Positions 21,357 to 30,562 of a DNA stretch of 64,000 nt are shown in pieces. The notes beneath the pieces are model-generated. The model made no database searches, was not told the origin of the DNA, and worked only from the letters and a program-made list of their open reading frames with translations. Numbering within the stretch: the stretch's first letter is position 1; every line of letters begins with the position of its first letter. Position numbers and translations under genes: made by a program. Where the stretch lies: positions 106,625 through 170,624 of the forward strand of contig JADIZX010000009.1 in NCBI GenBank assembly GCA_016704525.1, written 5' to 3'. The stretch is from Myxococcales bacterium (GTDB lineage Bacteria > Myxococcota_A > Polyangia > Polyangiales > Polyangiaceae).

Positions 21357-22217
21357 CTACGCCCGCTCGGCGACCAGCAAGCGCTCGCTCCGCAAGAGCG
21401 CGGCCGAGCGCCCCTCGAAGCGCCGCGCCCACTCCAAAGAGCTCGTGTCGGAGAGCGCGCGGAAGCCCTCGCGCGCCGCGAGCGCCGCGACCTCGGGGCG
21501 GCTCCACGTGCCGCGGAACGGCTCTCCGAAGGCCCTTAGCGGGAGATCGACCAGGCCCCGCAGCGGGCGAGGCAGCGGGTGCTTGTCCGACTCCATGTAC
21601 GTGAGCGCGAGCCGGCTGCCGGGCGCGGACAGGTCGCGCACGGCCGCGAGCAGCGCGCGGGTCTCGGCCGGCGCGAGGTACATCGTGACGCCCTCGCACA
21701 CCCACGCAGTCACCCGCGCGCGATCGTGCCCGGCGCCCCCAAGCGCAGCCTCGAGCGTGTCGGTCGCGAAGTCCTGCGGCACGTAGACGAGGTCGCGCGC
21801 GTTCACCGGAAGCCCCGCGGCGCGGCTCCGCTTGTACGCCTGCGACGCCGGGTGATCGACCTCGAAGACCCGCACGTCGCGGACGGCGTGGAGGCGGTGC
21901 GCGCGGGCGTCGAGCCCCGCACCAAGCAGCACGAGCTGCTCGGCGCCGGCGTCGATGGCCTCGGCGATCTCCGCGTCGATCGCGTGCGAGCGCATGGCCA
22001 GGTGATCGACGAGGCCGAGGGAGGCGGCCCGCAGAAACCCCTGCGCCACCCGCGCGCCGAGCGCTCCCACGCGCGGGACGAGGGCGCCCACGGGGAAAGG
22101 CAGCAGCGCGCGAGCGTGGTCGTCGTGAAACGGTGGCGAGCCCATGCCCGGGCTCGAGGCCGCGCCGCGCGCGAACGCGACGAGCGTGGCGGTGACGCTG
22201 GGGAACCCGGGCCGCAT
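21357..22217 (-). CDS. class I SAM-dependent O-methyltransferase (LCMT/TIGR00027-like)
   Basis: LVLLGAGLDAR ... VFEVDHP ... EGVTMYL motifs. Confidence 0.6.
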   Translation of the reverse strand: MRPGFPSVTATLVAFARGAASSPGMGSPPFHDDHARALLPFPVGALVPRVGALGARVAQGFLRAASLGLVDHLAMRSHAIDAEIAEAIDAGAEQLVLLGAGLDARAHRLHAVRDVRVFEVDHPASQAYKRSRAAGLPVNARDLVYVPQDFATDTLEAALGGAGHDRARVTAWVCEGVTMYLAPAETRALLAAVRDLSAPGSRLALTYMESDKHPLPRPLRGLVDLPLRAFGEPFRGTWSRPEVAALAAREGFRALSDTSSLEWARRFEGRSAALLRSERLLVAERA

Positions 22218-22344
22218 CCGCGCTCCATACCACCGCGTCCACCCTCCGGCCGCACGACGTCGCGCCGAGCCGCAGCAACTTGAATAGATCTGAGTTATAT
22301 GCGGCGCGCCGCGCTCGCGTCGGGCGACGAGGTATCCTCGCCCG

Positions 22345-22638
22345 ATGTGCCGCAACATCCGCGTGCTCCACCACATGGCGCCCCCCTCGACACCCGAGGA
22401 GATCCGCGCGGCGGCGCTCCAGTTCGTGCGCAAGGTGAGCGGCACGAGCGGACCCGCACCCCAGCGAGGCGGCGAGGTGGCGTTCGCGGCGGCGGTCGAC
22501 GAGATCGCCGCGTCGACGGAGCGGCTGCTCGACGCCCTCGACGCCCTCCCGACCCGCTCGCCGCCGCGCACCCGCGAAGGCGAGCGCGAGAAGGCGCGCG
22601 AGCGCTGGAGCAAGCGGGCCCGCGCCACGGCGACGTGA
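22345..22638 (+). CDS. small hypothetical protein
   Basis: Protein-like N-terminus; weak RBS. Confidence 0.3.
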   Translation: MCRNIRVLHHMAPPSTPEEIRAAALQFVRKVSGTSGPAPQRGGEVAFAAAVDEIAASTERLLDALDALPTRSPPRTREGEREKARERWSKRARATAT

Positions 22639-22972
22639 GCGTTGGCGCGTCGCCAGGCGCCGAGGAAACCTCTCCGGCGCATGAAGCGACGTACGGCAAG
22701 CACGTCGATGTCTTGCGCCCGGCGCGGAGCCCGTGGGCGTCGAGTACGTCAGGGCGGGCATCTCCTCGGGTACGCCGATCCGGACGCCTATGGCTTCGCG
22801 CTCGTGGGCGTCACGGCGGCCCGCGTGGAGGTGACGTTCGTGCAGCTCGGCGATCCGCGCGAGGAGAGCTCGGCGGGCCTCGTGGCCCGCCAGAACTTCG
22901 TGACCGAGGCCGGGAAGAACCTCGTCCGCGCGGTGTAGCCGCGTTCGGGCGAGCCCCTGAAGGGCGCGAACC

Positions 22973-23936
22973 CTACTTCTTCACGGCGCGCTGGATCTCG
23001 TCGCACACGCGCATCGCGGCGAGGCCCGCCTCGACGCCCGGGTGCGACGCGGCGCGCTCGCCGTGGCAGCTCGCCACGAACGCCTGGAGCTCGCTGAGGA
23101 GGGCCTCCTGGGGACGCACCTCCACGCTCTCCTGGATTCCCGCGATCTTGTAGGCCTCGCCGGGCACCTGCACGATCTCGGACTGGCGACTGATGATGAT
23201 CTCCTTACGGAAGAGCTCGCAGTCGACGAACATGTCGACGCACGTCGCCTCGATGAGGCGGATCTTCTTCTCGGTGATGCGGCTCGCCTGGATGCGCGAG
23301 AAGCGGCCGTTCTCGTGGGTGATGAGCGCGGACGCGAAGTCGATCATCTTCTCGGTGCCGTAGCCGTGCGCCGACACGAGGCGCGCGGGCCCGTTCAGGT
23401 AGAGCGCGAGATCGATGTCGTGGATCATCAGATCGGTCACGACGTCGACGTCGGTGATGCGCGCGCTGAGCTTGTTCGTGCGCGTGAAGTCGATGCTGAT
23501 GACCCCGGCCGACTTGTCGATGATGTTCTTCAGGCCTTGCACGGCGGGGTTGTACCGCTCGATGAAGCCGACCTGGACGTTGAGCTGCTCCTTGGTGGCG
23601 AAGTCCGCGAGCCGCTGGGCCTCGGCGAGGCTCTGCGCGATGGGCTTCTCGACGAAGATGTTCTTCACCTTCGAGGCCACCTGAAGCATGTACTCTGCAT
23701 GGGTAGAGGTCGGCGTCGCGATGACGACCGCGTCCACGTCGCCAAGCCCCTCCTCCACGTTCGTGAGGGCACGGGCGCCGCTCGCTTGCGCGAGGCGCTT
23801 CGTGGCCTCCTGGTCGACGTCGTAGATGGAAACGAGGTCGACGCCCTTCAACATCGAGAGGACGCGCAGGTGGTTGCGGCCCATGTTTCCGAGCCCGAGC
23901 AGACCAACCTTGAGATTCTCTTTCATCTTCATTTCC
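22973..23936 (-). CDS. Gfo/Idh/MocA-family NAD(P)-dependent oxidoreductase (markedly lower GC than its surroundings)
   Basis: KVGLLGLGNMGRNHL Rossmann motif; AGGA RBS; K/I-rich, AT-richer codon usage. Confidence 0.7.
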
Positions 23937-24155
23937 TCGGTGCTTCTAGGAGCGGAGTGGGAGCAGCGTGGGCGGGTCGGGTTAGCAGAGATCGATGGGG
24001 CTGGGTGGAACAAAGGGGGGCCGCCAGGGGTCGACGGCGGCGCATGCTCCGGTGGCGCGGGGCATGCGGGGCATGCTCAGCTGGGGTGCGCGCACGCTCC
24101 GCGCCATTCGAGGCCGACCCGTGGCGCCAGGCTTCCCGCGTGGTAGGTTGCCGCC

Positions 24156-24596
24156 ATGCTGCGTGGGCTTGAGGTGCGGCGCTGGGCGAGCCTGGCTGTG
24201 TCCGCGGCTGTGTCCGCGGCGGCCACGAGCGCGTGCACATCGTTCGGGGTGGGAGACGACGCGTCGGCGCCCTCGGAGCCCGGCGACGGGGCCGCGCTGT
24301 TGGACGCCGCGCCCGCGGAGGCCGCGCCCACCGACGCGCCGGCCGCCGACGCCGACGCCTGCAACCACGGGTTGAAAGGCACCGCCGACGCCTGCGCGGG
24401 GTGCCAGGTCGAGCAGCTCTACACCGTGCCTTCGGGCGACGCCGGCAACGGCGGCGAGGGCCCGTTCATCTTTGGCGTCGCCACCGACGGGGTCCATCTC
24501 TACTGGCTCGAGCAGAGGGGCACCAAGGCCTACGACGGCACCTCGGCTTCCCGGACGGCCAGGGCCTCGCTCGCTGGGCGCCCGGCGGTGCTGTGA
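24156..24596 (+). CDS. secreted hypothetical protein (a possible frame switch near 24590 extends into 24724)
   Basis: Signal peptide; the adjacent frame is protein-like up to 24724. Confidence 0.3.
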   Translation: MLRGLEVRRWASLAVSAAVSAAATSACTSFGVGDDASAPSEPGDGAALLDAAPAEAAPTDAPAADADACNHGLKGTADACAGCQVEQLYTVPSGDAGNGGEGPFIFGVATDGVHLYWLEQRGTKAYDGTSASRTARASLAGRPAVL

Positions 24597-24725
24597 CCTC
24601 GCTCGTCGCGAACAGGAGCGCCTGGAGCCTCGCGATGACAGACAACTACGTCTACTTCGACGACCACGGCCCCTTCGGCGCGCCGCGGAGCGTGGGCATT
24701 TACCGCTTGAAGAAGTCGCAGTGAC

Positions 24726-26712
24726 GTGAGCGCGGGGGGGCGCCGCTCGTCCACGCCGCGCCAGCGTCGCGCGGTCGTGCTCGCCGGGTTGCTCGGGGCG
24801 TGCGCAGCGGCCCCGCCGACCCCGATCCCCACGCGCGGCAGCGCGGTGGACGCGGGCACCCAGCCTACCACGGGGGGCGCGGCCGACGCGGGCGCTCTGG
24901 ACCCCCGCGCCCCGGGTGGACCTGCGGGGCGCACGCCGCTCGCCCAGGTCGACGAGGTGGCGCTCCCGTACGAGCTCGTGCCGTCACCCGGGGGTCGCTC
25001 CGTGGTGTTCCTCTCGAAGCACGCGGGGGAGCGCGGCGGGTGGGCGCGGCGGCTCGACGGCGCGACCGGGCGCCTCGGAAGGATCGTTCCGCTCGAGGGG
25101 GCCGAGCTGCTGGGCGTCTTCGACGGCCACGACGCGGCGGACGCGCCGCTCTGGGTCACCTCGTCCGAGGGACTCCTCTGCGTGTTCAGCGACCTCGACG
25201 CCCCGTCGGCGCCGGCGACGCGCGCGTGCGCGCGGGTCGCGCCGCACGCCGTGGTGCGGCTCGGAGCGCGCCTCGCCCTGCTCGAGCTCGGGGCCCCTGC
25301 CGAGGCCTCGGCGCGGGGGTTCGTCCCAGGATCGCGGCCCCGCGAGGTGCGCGTCCGCTGGGCCACGGCGCGCGTGATCGACGGGGGCGCGCTCGCGACG
25401 GGCCTCGTCCTCGACGAGCCTCTCCCCGGGCTCACGCTGGTCGGCGCGAGGCCGCAGGCGACCTCCGGAGGCGCACACCTGCTCTGGTACGACCGGGCTC
25501 CGCCACCCCCGTCGGCGCAGCCGGGCAAGCTCGGGTGGGCTCGGCTGGTCGCCGGTTCGCTGGCGCCAACCGGAATGTTCATTCCGACCTCGCGCGCGAC
25601 AGTCCTGGAGGGCGAGGTCACGTACGGGGGGCTGCGCGACCACCGCGACGTGCGCCTCGCGGGCGACGCGCTCCCGCTGGCGCTGGGCCTCGACGCGAAG
25701 GGGGCGTGCGAGGCCAGTCGAGCGCTCCCCGCGACGTCACTCACGACGTCACTCACGACGTCACTCACGACGTCACTCACGGCCTCGCGGGCGGCCTGCG
25801 CGGTGGACCCCGACCACCTCGGCGAGGGCTCCGCGCCGCCCGGCTCCGCGTCGTCCCGGGCCGCCACGCCCGACGCGATCGCGCGCATCCTCGCGGAGGC
25901 GCCGCGCCTCTCCCCGGCTCAGCCGGCGACCGACCTCGGCCTCGCGGCGTGGGCGGGCGACCGCGCGTACTACCTGGCGGGCGGCCAGCGCCTCCGCTCC
26001 GCCGACCGTGGGCGCGGAGAGAGCCGCGACGAGCCCGCGCCCCTCGTGGGCCGGAGGGCGCGCGTCGCGTGGGCGTCGTTCGCGTCCGACGGCGAGGGCC
26101 TCGCGTACGCGGGCGACCACCTCGTCCACGTGGCGCTCGACGGGCACGTCACGCGCAGCGCGATCACGGCGCTGGCGCCGCAGGTGGGCGCGAACCGGCG
26201 ACGCGCAGCGCGCATTGGCGGCTCGTGGTGGACCGCCGACGGCGACGTGCTCCGGCTGCTCCCGACCGTTCGCTCTCCGCCCCACCTCCGCGGTCGCGCG
26301 ATCCGCGACGGGTCCGCGCTCGTCGGCGGACGCGAGCGCGGCCTGCTCCTCGAGCTCTCCGGCGGGCTGCTCCGCGCCTCGACGCTCGACCCCGAGGGCG
26401 TCGTGGCGCCGCTCGGCGAGGGGCGCTCGGCGGTGCGCGCGGGCTTCGACGCCTGTGAACGCGGCCAGGGAGGGGCGCTGGTGGTGGGCGTGAGCGCGGC
26501 CGAGCTCCCGCACGCTCCCGCGCGCGTCGTCGTGTTCACCGTCGACGCCGCCGGGAGAAGCTCGCGCGCGACCGCGCTGCCCATCGCGCCGGGAGCGAGC
26601 GCCCTCCGCGTGCACCTCGCCCCGCGCCCCGGCGGCGGCGCCTGGCTGTTTCTCGAAGGCGATCGGCGCGAGACCGAGCGCGGGAGCAGCAGCGCGCGGG
26701 ACAGCGCGCGTC
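24726..26712 (+). CDS. large lipoprotein, N-terminal ~660 codons; the ORF continues in-frame to 27593 but only this part looks coding, and the downstream FGE gene starts in another frame
   Basis: LLGAC lipobox; contains a 12-bp x4 tandem repeat (TSLT)n; protein-like until ~26700. Confidence 0.4.
25733..25780 (+). repeat. 12-bp tandem repeat gacgtcactcac x4 inside a coding region (encodes TSLTTSLTTSLTTSLT)
   Basis: Seen directly in the sequence. Confidence 0.8.
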
Positions 26713-27834
26713 ATGTGGCTCGACGACGACGGACGCCCCGAGGCCGACGCCGAGCTTCCCATCGCCGGGGAGCCCGCGCACGCTCCCTGCCTCGACGGCC
26801 GGCGCGTCGCGCGCGTCCCCTCGCCGACGCCGGGGAGGCTCGCGCTCCCTCCAGGGCTGGACGCGTCCGACGCGTGCGTCGTCGGGGACGTGGGATGGAC
26901 CGAGGGCGGCCACGTGGCCCGCTGGATCGGGAGCGCGACGCGCGATCTCGACGCGATCCCCGAGCTCGGCGTGGCGCGCTTGCCGGACGAGGTCGCCGCG
27001 GCGGGAGCTCACTCGCCCGCACCTTCGCCCGACGCACCGCCCGCACCTTCGCCCGACGCGCCGCCCGCACCTCCGCGCGCTCGGTGTCCGGGCGACATGG
27101 TCCCCATCGCCGAGCGCTTCTGCATCGACCGCTTCGAGGCGCACCTCGTCGACGCGCGCACCCTCGCGCCGCTCTCCCCCGACTACCCCCTCTCGCCGGC
27201 GCACCTCGCGCGGGCCCTCGAGTGGACGACCGCGCGCCGACGTGTGGGCGACGTGCACGCGCAGGCCCTGTCGCTCCCCTTCCTGCCCGCCCTCCACGCG
27301 AGCGGGCGCGCCGAGCCGCTGGCGCGGAGCGAGCGCGGCTCGCGGCCGAGCGGGTACGTGAGCGGCCACGTCGCCGAGGCGGCGTGCGTCGCGGCGGGCA
27401 AGCGGCTCTGCAGCCGCGAAGAACACCGGGTGGCGTGCCGCGGCGAAGCCGACTCGAACTTCCCTTATGGTGCTCACTACGTGGCGGGCACGTGCAACGT
27501 CTTCCGCCCCGAGCACCCGGCCGCGAGGCTGCACGGGAACGCGTCGATAGGGCACCTCGATCCGAGGCTGAACCGCCTCGCGACCGGGGGTGATCCGCTG
27601 CTCCGCGAGACCGGTGGAACCCCCGCGTGCCGCAGCGTGTGGGGCGCCGACGCGGTGTACGATCTCGTGGGGAACCTGGACGAGTGGGTCGCCGATCCGC
27701 GCGGCGCCTTCGTCGGCGGCTTCTACTCGCGCTCGACGCGTGCGGGCTGCGGGGCCACGGTGTCAGCCCACCCGCTGAGCTATGCCGACTACTCCACCGG
27801 CGTGCGCTGCTGCCGCGACGCGGGAGGGCCGTAG
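26713..27834 (+). CDS. formylglycine-generating enzyme (FGE/SUMF1) domain protein
   Basis: C-terminal ...GFYSRSTRAGCGATV...GVRCCRD matches the typical FGE-sulfatase domain ending; contains a 24-bp tandem repeat encoding PAPSPDAPPA. Confidence 0.55.
   Translation: MWLDDDGRPEADAELPIAGEPAHAPCLDGRRVARVPSPTPGRLALPPGLDASDACVVGDVGWTEGGHVARWIGSATRDLDAIPELGVARLPDEVAAAGAHSPAPSPDAPPAPSPDAPPAPPRARCPGDMVPIAERFCIDRFEAHLVDARTLAPLSPDYPLSPAHLARALEWTTARRRVGDVHAQALSLPFLPALHASGRAEPLARSERGSRPSGYVSGHVAEAACVAAGKRLCSREEHRVACRGEADSNFPYGAHYVAGTCNVFRPEHPAARLHGNASIGHLDPRLNRLATGGDPLLRETGGTPACRSVWGADAVYDLVGNLDEWVADPRGAFVGGFYSRSTRAGCGATVSAHPLSYADYSTGVRCCRDAGGP
27014..27078 (+). repeat. ~24-bp tandem repeat (cgcccgcaccttcgcccgacgc x ~2.7) in the FGE gene
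   Basis: Seen directly in the sequence. Confidence 0.7.
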
Positions 27835-27904
27835 GCCAAAGTCGTGTACAGTCGCGCCTCCCAGCTGCCCGGATCTGCAGCGACCCCCACGAACGGAGTG
27901 TTTC

Positions 27905-28408
27905 ATGGCCCCCGGCGGCAGCGACCAGGTTCAGGCGACCCACCTCGTGCTCTCGTGCATCGATCACCGCTGCACCGACGACCTCGTCTCGGTCATTCCA
28001 GACATCATCGACGACCGAAAGAACGCCTGGGATCGCTACGATCTCATCGCGCTCCCCGGCGCGAGCATGGGCGTCATGCAGACCGAGCGACCGTCGTGGG
28101 GCGAGGCCTTCTGGGATCAGGTCGCCGTCGCCCTCAGCCTGCACACCCGCATCACCACCGTGGTCGTGGTCGATCATCTCCAGTGCGGCGCCTACCGGCA
28201 TTTCCACCCCGGGTACGAGGCCAACATGGAGGAGGCCCACCGCGCCGTCACCGCGGACTTCGCGGCGGCCGTCCGCGCGCGGCACCCCGCGCTCCGCGTC
28301 GAGCGGTGGCTGCTCGAGCCCGTGCCCGGGTCCGACCTCAACTGGGAGGCGCGCTGCCTCGGCACCGAGCGCCGGGCGGAGCGCGTCGTGAGGTGCAAGG
28401 TCCGCTGA
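27905..28408 (+). CDS. beta-carbonic-anhydrase-like small protein
   Basis: SCIDHRC (C-x-D-x-R) and DHLQCG (H-x-x-C-G) motifs; GGAG RBS. Confidence 0.4.
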   Translation: MAPGGSDQVQATHLVLSCIDHRCTDDLVSVIPDIIDDRKNAWDRYDLIALPGASMGVMQTERPSWGEAFWDQVAVALSLHTRITTVVVVDHLQCGAYRHFHPGYEANMEEAHRAVTADFAAAVRARHPALRVERWLLEPVPGSDLNWEARCLGTERRAERVVRCKVR

Positions 28409-28482
28409 TCCCCCGGCGCGGCGTCCAAAAGCGGCCCCCCACGGCGACCTCGCCGGCGCCCCGCCCTGGTAACATCGCGCGC

Positions 28483-30541
28483 ATGTCCACCGCACGCGAC
28501 GCCCACGCGAAGCTCGTCCGCGAGCTCGCCGCGCACAACTACCGCTACTACGTGCTCGACGACCCCGCGGTGACCGACGCCGCGTTCGACGCGCTGCTGC
28601 GCGACCTGCGCGCGCTCGAGGCGGCGCACCCCGAGCTCGTGAGCCCTTCGTCGCCCACGCAGCGCGTGGGCGGCGAGGCGCGCTCGCAGGTGGCGAAGGT
28701 CAAGCGCAAGACCAAGATGTTCTCGCTCGACAACGCGTACTCCCAGGCCGATCTGGGGGAGTTCCTGCGGCGCGTGCGCGACGGCCTCCCGGAGGGTCAA
28801 GTGCCGACGTTCACCGTCGAGCCGAAGCTCGACGGCGCGAGCGTGGAGGTCGTGTACGAGGGCGGCGCGCTCGCGATGGCCACCACGCGCGGCGACGGCG
28901 AGATCGGCGAGGACATCACCCCGAACCTCCGCACCCTGCGCAACGTCCCGCTCGGCATCGCGCACCCCGGCACGCTCACGCTGCGCGGCGAGATCGTGAT
29001 TTACCGCAAAGACCTCGACCTCCTGAACGAGGCCCGCCTCGCCGAGGGGCTCGAGCCCTACGCGAACCCCCGCAACGCCGCCGCGGGCGCGATCCGCATG
29101 CTCGACCCTCGCGAGGTCGCGAAGCGCCCGCTCCGCGCAGTGTTCTACCAGGCCGTCGAGGGCCCCGAGCAGCGCGCGAGCCACGCCGACACCCTCGACT
29201 GGCTCGCCGCGCTGGGGCTGCCGACGCACCGCAAGCAGGCGCGGGTCTCCGCCGACGGCATCGCAGACGCGATCGCGGAGATCGACGCCGCGCGCGCGAG
29301 CTACCCCTTCGAGACCGACGGCGCGGTGGTGAAGGTCGACGCCTATCGACAGCAAGACATGTTGGGCGCGACGAGCAAGTTTCCCAAATGGGCAGTCGCC
29401 TACAAGTTCGCGGCCGAGCGCGCGAGCACGCGCGTGCGCGACATCGTGATTCAAGTGGGGCGCACCGGCGCGCTTACGCCCGTCGCCGAGCTCGACCCCG
29501 TCGAGCTCTCCGGCACCACGGTCTCGCGCGTCGCTCCACAACCCGGAGCACCTCGCGAAGCTCGACGTGCGCCGCGGCGATCTCGTGCTCATCGAGAAGG
29601 CCGGCGAGATCATCCCCCAGGTGGTGTCGGTCGTGCTCGAGGCGCGCCCCGCCTCGGCCGAGCCGTTCGCCCCGCCCACGACCTGCCCAGCCTGCGGCGC
29701 CGCGGTCACCTCCCGCCTCCGCGAGGAGGACCGCCCCGAGCTCGGGCAAGAGGCCGCCCTCCGCTGCGTGAACCGCGGGTGCCCGGCGCAGGTCAAAGGT
29801 CAGATCTACCACTTCACGCGACGCTTCGCGATGGACCTCGAGAACCTGGGCGAGGTGCTCGTGGAGCAGCTCGTGAGCGAGGGCCTCGTGCGTGACGTGG
29901 CCGACCTCTACGACCCCGAGCGCGTGAGCGTGGAGTCCCTCGCGCGCCTCGATCGCATGGGCACGAAGAGCGCCCAGAACGTCCTCGCGGGTGTGACCGC
30001 CTCGAAGGAGCGCCCCCTCGACAGGCTCCTCTGCGGGCTTGGCATTCCCCAGATAGGCCAGGTCGCCGCCCGGCAGCTCGCCGAGGAGGTGGGCACGCTG
30101 GAGGCCCTCCTCGCGCTCTCGCCCGAGGCCCTGGCCGAGCGCGTAGGCCAGATCCGCGGGTTCGGCCCGAAGATGGTCGAGAGCGTCGTGGCGCACCTCG
30201 GCGATCCGCGCGAGCGCGCGCTCATGGAGCGCCTCGTCGCGCGCGGCGTGGGGCGCCCGGTGGTGAAAGAAGCGGTCGCCACGACAGGGCCGGTCTCGGG
30301 GCAGTCGTTCTGCGTCACGGGCGTGCTCTCACGCAAGCGCGACGACGTGCACGCGAGCATCCGGGCGGCGGGCGGCGAGGTCCACGACGGCGTGAAGAAG
30401 ACCACCACGTTCCTCGTCGCCGGCGACAAGACCGGTCAGTCGAAGCGCGACCAGGCGAAGAAATTCGGCACTCGCGTGATCACCGAGCCGGAGCTCGAGG
30501 CCCTCCTGCGCGGAGAGCCCCTCGCCCCGGCGGACGGGTAG
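28483..30541 (+). CDS. ligA: NAD-dependent DNA ligase LigA, with an apparent frameshift near 29521-29535
   Basis: N-terminal adenylation domain (KLDGASVEV, TRGDGEIGEDIT). The second half (SLHNPEHLAKLDVRRGDLVLIEKAGEIIPQV ... BRCT) is in the +1 frame relative to the first. Confidence 0.75.
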
Positions 30542-30562
30542 CTGAGTCAGCGGCTCGGCGAG

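Noticed and set aside
22642-23006. Small ORFs 22642..22938(+) and 22788..23006(-) between the DUF-like gene and the Gfo/Idh/MocA gene
   Set aside because: The N-terminal halves are low-complexity, there is no RBS, and each overlaps the other. Possibly a gene remnant, but the evidence is insufficient.
25733-27078. Short tandem repeats (12-bp x4, ~24-bp x2.7), and elsewhere the 10-bp x4 and 9-bp x4 repeats, considered as possible CRISPR arrays
   Set aside because: The repeat units are contiguous with no unique spacers. They are far too short and few, and two of them lie inside coding sequence. No cas genes are present in the window.
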